Part shown: positions 31,569 to 36,023 of the stretch, piece by piece
Layout: each line of letters opens with the position of its first letter
Numbering within the stretch: the stretch's first letter is position 1
Virus record (IMG/VR): IMGVR_UViG_3300033463_000510
Span: 1 to 36,023 of that record
Reading direction: 5' to 3' (one strand)
Length of the DNA stretch: 36,023 nucleotides
From: a virus
The notes under the pieces: generated by a model
What the model was told of the DNA's origin: nothing
Database searches by the model: none
The model's input: the letters and a program-made list of their open reading frames with translations, nothing else
Made by a program: the position numbers and the translations under genes

Positions 31569-31890
31569 GATATTGCTTTTTAAAATTGGCGATGATGTCC
31601 GTCACGTCGTCATAGTGTGCGGGCAGGTCGAGCGCGTCCTGCACCCGCTGGCGCATGGAGGTGACGGTGGAGTGGTGGCGCGCGATGAGCTTGCCGATGT
31701 TGGCGTTCGTCCAGCCGTGGATGTTCGTCCAGCCGTCGCGGTTGGTCCAGCCGCACTTGTAGAGGTAGTACGCGATGATGGCGCGGGGCCAGTAGTCCTT
31801 CTGCGCCTTGCTGGATTCCAGCGTGACGCGGTAGCCTGCGGCCTCCATCGCCGTGCGCATGTCTTCGTATGTCTGCTCCAGTAGTGTCAT
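31543..31890 (-). CDS. DnaA domain IV-like helix-turn-helix protein with GWTNxx triple repeat
   Basis: Trimmed to the ATG at 31890 (MTLLEQTYEDM...). RAIIAYYLYKCGWT...NIGKLIARHHSTVTSMRQRV resembles the Bac_DnaA_C pattern (R.IAMYL....S...IG..FG.RDHSTV.HA...I). Confidence 0.55.
   Translation of the reverse strand: MTLLEQTYEDMRTAMEAAGYRVTLESSKAQKDYWPRAIIAYYLYKCGWTNRDGWTNIHGWTNANIGKLIARHHSTVTSMRQRVQDALDLPAHYDDVTDIIANFKKQYHELFQRDL
31705..31758 (-). repeat. 18-nt tandem repeat x3 encoding GWTNRD-GWTNIH-GWTNAN
   Basis: gttcgtccagccgtggat / gttcgtccagccgtcgcg / gttggtccagccgcactt. Confidence 0.85.
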
Positions 31891-32216
31891 TTTTGTGGAG
31901 TGATTTTGCCGATGAGGGCGGCGAGACCCTCGCGTATAAATAGCAGCAGCTGCTGCATTGGAAGTGAGAGGAGTGAGAGGGCGGCGGCTGTTGCGGCCGT
32001 CCAGAGTGAGAAGTCGTGGCGCACGAGCGCCCAGATGATGCAGCACCAGAACGTCATGCAGCGGGGGCAGTCGAAGGGCTTGATGTCGCGCATGAGGTCC
32101 GCGTCTGGTATGTGGAGGAGTCTGGCGAGTGCTGCGCGCCAGGACTCGGTGAAGCCGGAGACGCCGACGATGTAGACGGTGACGGCGGCGACGGTGAGGA
32201 GTTCGATGTAGATCAT
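31887..32216 (-). CDS. small membrane protein (109 aa, about 3 TM segments)
   Basis: MIYIELLTVAAVTVYIVGV..., TFWCCIIWALV, AATAAALSLLSL. ATGA overlaps on both sides. Confidence 0.6.
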   Translation of the reverse strand: MIYIELLTVAAVTVYIVGVSGFTESWRAALARLLHIPDADLMRDIKPFDCPRCMTFWCCIIWALVRHDFSLWTAATAAALSLLSLPMQQLLLFIREGLAALIGKITPQK

Positions 32217-32500
32217 GCCTTTCCGTTGTAGATGTCCAGGATGCGCCGCTTGATCCGCAGGACCTCCTTCCGGGCGGTCATGTGCGAGAAGCCGAGCAGG
32301 CGTCCCAGGTTGTGGTAGTTCGGTTCGTCAATGTACAGCAGGATAATCGTGCGGTCCGCCAGCGAGAGACGCTTGTCGATGATGCAGCGCACGGCATCGG
32401 CGCGGTCGTCCGCGTCCTCCTGGAAGGGGGACGGGTCCCATGCGTAGTCCGGGCGGATCTCCTTCAGGCGCTCGGAGGCCTTGTGCAGGTTACATTCCAT
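32213..32500 (-). CDS. sigma-70 region-4-like HTH protein (C-terminal half of a split ECF-type sigma)
   Basis: From the ATG at 32500 (MECNLHKASERL...). LSLADRTIILLYIDEPNYHNLGRLLGFSHMTARKEVLRIKRRI fits region 4.1-4.2 (L....R....L.Y.....Y.EIA..LG.S..T....L.RA). Confidence 0.55.
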   Translation of the reverse strand: MECNLHKASERLKEIRPDYAWDPSPFQEDADDRADAVRCIIDKRLSLADRTIILLYIDEPNYHNLGRLLGFSHMTARKEVLRIKRRILDIYNGKA

Positions 32501-32792
32501 GCTGGTCGTCAATGTTGGTCGTACGGCGCCGGAAACGGAGCACGTCGCGGTCATAGTCGGTGCGCTTGCCGAAGAGCTGCGTCTTCACGACCCGGCGGAT
32601 GTAGAAGTCGATGTCGCCCGTCTCCCAGAGGTCGCGGAGCTTCGCCTCGTCCATCTTCAGGAGGTGGAGGTAGACGATCTGCGAGAGGTCCTCCAGGTCG
32701 GCGTCGAGCTCCCTGCGCCCCGCGTAGAGCTGCGCGAAGCGTTCCACCCTGCGCTCCTTTCCGAGCGCCTCGACGATTCCGTTCCGGTCCAT
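32490..32792 (-). CDS. sigma-70 region-2-like protein (N-terminal half of a split ECF-type sigma)
   Basis: DADLEDLSQIVYLHLLKM...DIDFYIRRVVKTQLFGKRTDYDR resembles ECF region 2.1-2.4 (D.EDL.Q..F..L......F..WL..I..N...D..R). It stops inside ATGGAATGTAA, which contains the start of the next ORF. Confidence 0.5.
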   Translation of the reverse strand: MDRNGIVEALGKERRVERFAQLYAGRRELDADLEDLSQIVYLHLLKMDEAKLRDLWETGDIDFYIRRVVKTQLFGKRTDYDRDVLRFRRRTTNIDDQHGM

Positions 32793-32824
32793 ACGTTATC
32801 AAATAGCGTTTCATGCCGCGGCGG

Positions 32825-33250
32825 TTACTTCCTGCCGAATACGAGGAGGGCGGCGTCGCGTGCGTGGTTGGAGGTGCGTCCGGTGTAGCCGGTGACGTTG
32901 CGGAACGTCTCGGCGTCCCACTTGGTCGCTCCGGCGCGTGGCGGGACCATATCGAAGGGTATGCCCCAGTCGGTGAGCGCGTCCTGCCATATCACGCTGT
33001 CACGCTTGACGGAACCTGCGCCCATGAGCTTGCCGCGGTACTCGCTGGCGTTGCGTTCACGGGGCAGGAACTGGCGCTTGCGGGCGTCCTCGAAGTAGAC
33101 GCGGACACCGCGCACCGGGTACTCCCACTCCTTGACGATCTCCATCGCTTTGTGGATCGGCACGGTGTCCAGCAATTCAAAGTGCTGGGTGTTCGTGTTC
33201 CATACCGCGATGCCGGTGTTCTTGCCTGGGTCTATTCCGATGCAGTACAT
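32825..33250 (-). CDS. RuvC-like Holliday junction resolvase
   Basis: Trimmed to the ATG at 33250. MYCIGIDPGKNTGIAVW (first catalytic Asp context) and SNHARDAALL (last Asp), typical of RuvC-fold resolvases. Confidence 0.75.
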   Translation of the reverse strand: MYCIGIDPGKNTGIAVWNTNTQHFELLDTVPIHKAMEIVKEWEYPVRGVRVYFEDARKRQFLPRERNASEYRGKLMGAGSVKRDSVIWQDALTDWGIPFDMVPPRAGATKWDAETFRNVTGYTGRTSNHARDAALLVFGRK

Positions 33251-33270
33251 GGTCTTGCGATCTTGTCCTC

Positions 33271-33519
33271 CTATGCGTCTGCTCCGTAGAACTGCTCCAT
33301 CATTTCGTCCGCGAGGGACGTGCACCACTGGGCGACATCCTTCGTCCCGTAGGCTTTCAGTATGTCGAGCGGGGTGTTGTTGCAGATGTTTGCGGCGAAG
33401 ATCTGCGCCATGCTGTTGCGCTGCTGGAGCATCGCCCGCGCCTGCTGGCGGAGCAGCTCCTCCTCCGTAGGCTTCGGCGGCTGCTGGAGGGTGTGTACTT
33501 TGGGGTTGGTTTTGCTCAT
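33271..33519 (-). CDS. hypothetical protein (82 aa)
   Basis: Trimmed to the ATG at 33519 (MSKTNPKVHTLQQPPKPTEEELLRQQ...). ATGA overlap with the upstream gene. Confidence 0.6.
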   Translation of the reverse strand: MSKTNPKVHTLQQPPKPTEEELLRQQARAMLQQRNSMAQIFAANICNNTPLDILKAYGTKDVAQWCTSLADEMMEQFYGADA

Positions 33520-33758
33520 AATAGGGTGATTATTGATTGGTTTACAATTTCCTCCATTTTTGCGAAGACGGCCTCGCGGACCTCCGGGTCCACTGCTGCG
33601 AGGGCGTCGCGGTAGAGGGTATTCCGGCAGGCGGCGTGAAAGCCGCGGATGAAAGCGGCGCGCAGTGGAGCGTTCCGGTCCGGCTGCGCGCGCTTCCATG
33701 TCTCGACGGTGTACTTCACCGGGTAGGCCTCCAGGGCCAGCCGATCCGCCTCATTCAT
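33516..33758 (-). CDS. hypothetical protein (80 aa)
   Basis: ORF MNEADRLALEAYPVKYTVETWKR... Confidence 0.6.
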   Translation of the reverse strand: MNEADRLALEAYPVKYTVETWKRAQPDRNAPLRAAFIRGFHAACRNTLYRDALAAVDPEVREAVFAKMEEIVNQSIITLL

Positions 33759-34137
33759 GCGCCGCGGGGGTGTAGAGGTTCACGAGCTCCGCGATGGCCT
33801 GCATGGCCTCGGTGGCGGAGGCGATGGCGGCGGTGAGAGTGTCCAGCGCTCCGAGCAGCTGGTCCTGCACGGTGCCGGGGACCGCGGTCTCTTCAGGCAG
33901 CAGGCCTCCGTCGGCCACGGCGTCCGGGTTGCTGCGCCGGAACTCCGGGCGGCGGCGGTAGCCCTTCCGGTTGACGAGCTTCGACACTGCGCGCTCGTGT
34001 CCCGCCGTGGCGGGCAGCCCTATCTCCGTGAGGATCTCCTTGTAGGTCCACTTCCCTCCGCCGGGCTTGGTGGCGGATGCGAGGGCCATGATGGCGCCCT
34101 CGTAGGGACGGAGCGAGTCGGTTATGGTTGCGATCAT
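33751..34137 (-). CDS. hypothetical protein, possible winged-helix (128 aa)
   Basis: ORF MIATITDSLRPYEGAIMALASATKPGGGKWTYKEILTEIGL... Confidence 0.55.
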   Translation of the reverse strand: MIATITDSLRPYEGAIMALASATKPGGGKWTYKEILTEIGLPATAGHERAVSKLVNRKGYRRRPEFRRSNPDAVADGGLLPEETAVPGTVQDQLLGALDTLTAAIASATEAMQAIAELVNLYTPAAHE

Positions 34138-34148
34138 GGCCGTGCGGA

Positions 34149-34583
34149 TTACCAGGGGAGATCGTCGGGCTGGGGGTCCAGCGAGTTCGGGTCGGAGGCC
34201 TGCGGACGCGGGTACGTCCTCGGATTGGGCGCCTGGTAGCGCGGGTACTGCTGCTGCACGGGAGCGGCGGCAGGAGCCGGAGCGGGAGCCGCAGGGGCTG
34301 CGGGTGCAGGTGCGGGAGCTTCCGCGGGTCTTGCGGGGAAGGCGGACGGACGCGAGGCGTCGGCAGTGCCGCTGCCCAGGTCCTTCGGACGAAGGTCGCC
34401 GATGTAGATCTTCTGGCGGTTGGCCTTGTCGTAGATGGAGATGTAGTGGGTGTCGCCGTATTCGCCCGGCGTCTGGCGTTCTGCGACATCGATCCAGACG
34501 TAGGCGTTGCCCTGCTGATCGTACTGGACGAGGTCCTGGGGGATGGCGGCGAGTTTCAGCCGCCCGGATAATAGCTGTGACAT
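34149..34583 (-). CDS. putative ssDNA-binding protein
   Basis: A short N-terminal beta-rich domain, a Pro/Ala-rich linker, and a C-terminal acidic-aromatic tip DPQPDDLPW that resembles the SSB tail (DDDIPF). Confidence 0.45.
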   Translation of the reverse strand: MSQLLSGRLKLAAIPQDLVQYDQQGNAYVWIDVAERQTPGEYGDTHYISIYDKANRQKIYIGDLRPKDLGSGTADASRPSAFPARPAEAPAPAPAAPAAPAPAPAAAPVQQQYPRYQAPNPRTYPRPQASDPNSLDPQPDDLPW

Positions 34584-34587
34584 GGTG

Positions 34588-35064
34588 TTAGATGATTATG
34601 GTTTTCGTTCTGGTTACTTTCCCGCGGAAGCCGCGGGCGCGGAGTTCGTCCGTCAGGTCCTCGTCCTTGTAGTCGATGAGGGCGGAGTTGTCCGGGGCGT
34701 CCTCCGCCGTGGGTGCCGGCGCGTCGGGAGCCTTGCCGGTGAGGATGTTCTTCACGACCTCCGGGTCGGCCGGCTTCAGCGCAAGGGGGGGGTCGGCCTC
34801 CTGCTCCTTCAGAATCTCGCGCGCCTCGTCCACGGTGACGCCTTCGGCGACGGCCGCTTCCTCATCCGCGAGGATCCGGAAGTTCTTGGACGGGTAGAGT
34901 CCGCGGAGCGGCAGTTTGACGCCGTGCGGGCCTTCCGCCTGCTGGTACTTGTTCACCGTGTAGGTGACGTTGTCCTTGACGTGCTGGATGCGGTCGCCGA
35001 CCTTGATGGCGGCGCCGTTGATGTCGGTGTACTGGGTCTTCATGCCCAAGCGTAACATTGTCAT
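34588..35064 (-). CDS. hypothetical protein (158 aa)
   Basis: ORF MTMLRLGMKTQYTDINGAAIKVGDRIQHV... Confidence 0.55.
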   Translation of the reverse strand: MTMLRLGMKTQYTDINGAAIKVGDRIQHVKDNVTYTVNKYQQAEGPHGVKLPLRGLYPSKNFRILADEEAAVAEGVTVDEAREILKEQEADPPLALKPADPEVVKNILTGKAPDAPAPTAEDAPDNSALIDYKDEDLTDELRARGFRGKVTRTKTIII

Positions 35065-35076
35065 GGCGGTATGGTG

Positions 35077-35370
35077 TTAGATGGTCTCTCCTTCGACGAG
35101 GCGGAAGTGGATGGAGGCCTGGCCCATGTGGAACCAGCGGTAGCCGTAGCCGTCGCCGTCCAGGTTGAAGCCGACGTTCACCGGCTGGATGCGCTTGTTC
35201 AGGGCGCAGATCCGGTCGCGTTCGGCAGTGAGTTCGTCCGCCAGGCGCTGCATCGCGCCCTCGGAGAGGATGTGGTTTTCGTACTTCTGCGCGTAGTGCG
35301 CGAGCTGCTTTTCGAGTGTCCTGCACCCCGCCGGGGTGTAGACTTCGGTGATGAAGAATCGGGTGTCCAT
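35077..35370 (-). CDS. hypothetical protein (97 aa)
   Basis: ORF MDTRFFITEVYTPAGCRTLEKQL... has its start overlapping the stop of the Gly-X repeat gene. Confidence 0.6.
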   Translation of the reverse strand: MDTRFFITEVYTPAGCRTLEKQLAHYAQKYENHILSEGAMQRLADELTAERDRICALNKRIQPVNVGFNLDGDGYGYRWFHMGQASIHFRLVEGETI

Positions 35371-36023
35371 TATGAGCGGGTTTTGTAAAGTTCTGCGAGT
35401 TGCTTGATGGCCTCGCGGCCGTAATCGTTCCGGGTCTCATCCAGGAAGGAGCGGACCGTGATGCTGTCCGTGGGCTTGTAGCCGTGCGCGCGGCACCATT
35501 CCTCGCGTCCTGCGCGGCAGGAGCCGGTGAGGGTGTGGTGCCACTCGAAAAGGTCGCCGTAGGGCGTGTCGAGGTCCGGATGGGTGTTTACAAAGGCCTC
35601 CAGGCGGTCCTCCAGGGGGCGGGACTCCATGTCCTTCGCCATCGCGTCTGCGACGGCCTGGTGAAGTGTATCGCCGTGCGCCCAGGAGTTATTGAAGCGT
35701 GCGATGTAGCAGGGACGCGGCGTGAGGTCCGCGCCGACGATGAAGCCCTGCGCGTGGTCTCCGTGGACGGATTCTATGACGGTGGGAAGGCTGTCGATGT
35801 AGTGGATCTTCTTTCCGTTGATCGCCTTCCACTTACCGTAGCCGTAGCCGGAGCCGTAGCCGTTGCCGTCGCCGGAGCCGGAGCCGTAGCCGTTGCCGTA
35901 GCCGTAGCCGTTGCCGTCGCCGTAGCCGGAGCCGTCGCCGTAGCCGGAGCCGGAGCCGGAGCCGTAGCCGTTGCCGTAGCCGTAGCCGTTGCCGTCGCCG
36001 TAGCCGGAGCCGTCGCCGTAGCC
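35370..36023 (-). CDS. body of the (Gly-X)n repeat protein (continues from 154..1 across the junction); C-terminal globular domain of unknown function
   Basis: I translated upstream of the track ORF (35370..35642). The frame stays open to the window end: ...GSGYGYGKWKAINGKKIHYIDSLPTVIESVHGDHAQGFIVGADLTPRPCYIARFNNSWAHGDTLHQAVADAMAKDMESRPLE... Confidence 0.75.
   Translation of the reverse strand, partial: GYGDGSGYGDGNGYGYGNGYGSGSGSGYGDGSGYGDGNGYGYGNGYGSGSGDGNGYGSGYGYGKWKAINGKKIHYIDSLPTVIESVHGDHAQGFIVGADLTPRPCYIARFNNSWAHGDTLHQAVADAMAKDMESRPLEDRLEAFVNTHPDLDTPYGDLFEWHHTLTGSCRAGREEWCRAHGYKPTDSITVRSFLDETRNDYGREAIKQLAELYKTRS
35835..36023 (-). repeat. coding tandem repeat (GGN-NNN hexanucleotide base, 78-nt higher-order unit); continues at 1-127
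   Basis: 35881-35958 and 35959-36023 (continuing into the window start) are near-identical 78-nt units encoding GYGDGSGYGDGNGYGYGNGYGSGSGS. Confidence 0.85.

Larger units (their letters stand above)
1..36023. mobile_element. complete temperate (integrase-encoding) tailed phage genome, circular/circularly permuted, probable Bacteroidota host
   Basis: Carries integrase, CI/S24 repressor, terminase, portal, HK97-like capsid, tape-measure-like protein, tail fibre and holin/endolysin. The ends overlap by 85 nt and a gene is in frame across the join. Host indicators are TAnnTTTG promoter boxes, BACON-like and BspA-LRR domains, and an arm-type Bacteroidota-style integrase N-terminus. Confidence 0.85.

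Overview
This window reads as one complete temperate phage genome from a GC-rich Bacteroidota host, not a chromosomal segment. The last 85 nt (35939-36023) are identical to the first 85 nt, and one gene runs in frame across that join. The molecule is therefore circular or circularly permuted, with about 35,938 nt of unique sequence. Coding is dense and almost entirely on the minus strand (about 50 genes, many with ATGA/TAATG stop-start overlaps). The only convincing plus-strand gene is a CI/LexA-type S24 repressor (4544-5146). It diverges from the early operon across an AT-rich switch region carrying two TATATTTG Bacteroidota-type -7 boxes and four TTTTCTAA(C)-type repeats. Modules in transcription order (descending coordinates, wrapping 1 -> 36023): (a) Early genes: a Rad52/Sak-like annealase, a DnaD-like initiator with embedded iterons, an SSB-like protein, a RuvC-like resolvase, a sigma factor encoded as two coupled half-genes, a DnaA-domain-IV-like HTH and a ParB-methyltransferase fusion. 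(b) Packaging and tail genes: small and large terminase, a chaperone-like gene joined across a T9 slippery run, tail/baseplate genes including a 1645-aa protein with about ten BACON-like repeats, and a tape-measure-like protein. (c) Head genes: XkdF-like protease/scaffold, HK97-like capsid and portal. (d) Receptor-binding genes: a tail fibre with an internal duplication, a BspA-type LRR protein and a CBM5/12-like protein. (e) A lysis cassette: two 2-TM proteins, an M15 endolysin and a membrane protein. (f) A lysogeny module: a tyrosine integrase and two glycosyltransferase-like moron genes. The most unusual observations are: (1) a seven-unit, ~80-bp-period array of structure-conserved but sequence-divergent GC hairpins between int and the glycosyltransferases; (2) a silk-like strict (Gly-X)n protein spanning the circular junction; (3) the split sigma factor; (4) the -1 slippery T9 run. 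All domain calls come from reading the translations by eye. No database search, folding or statistics were run.
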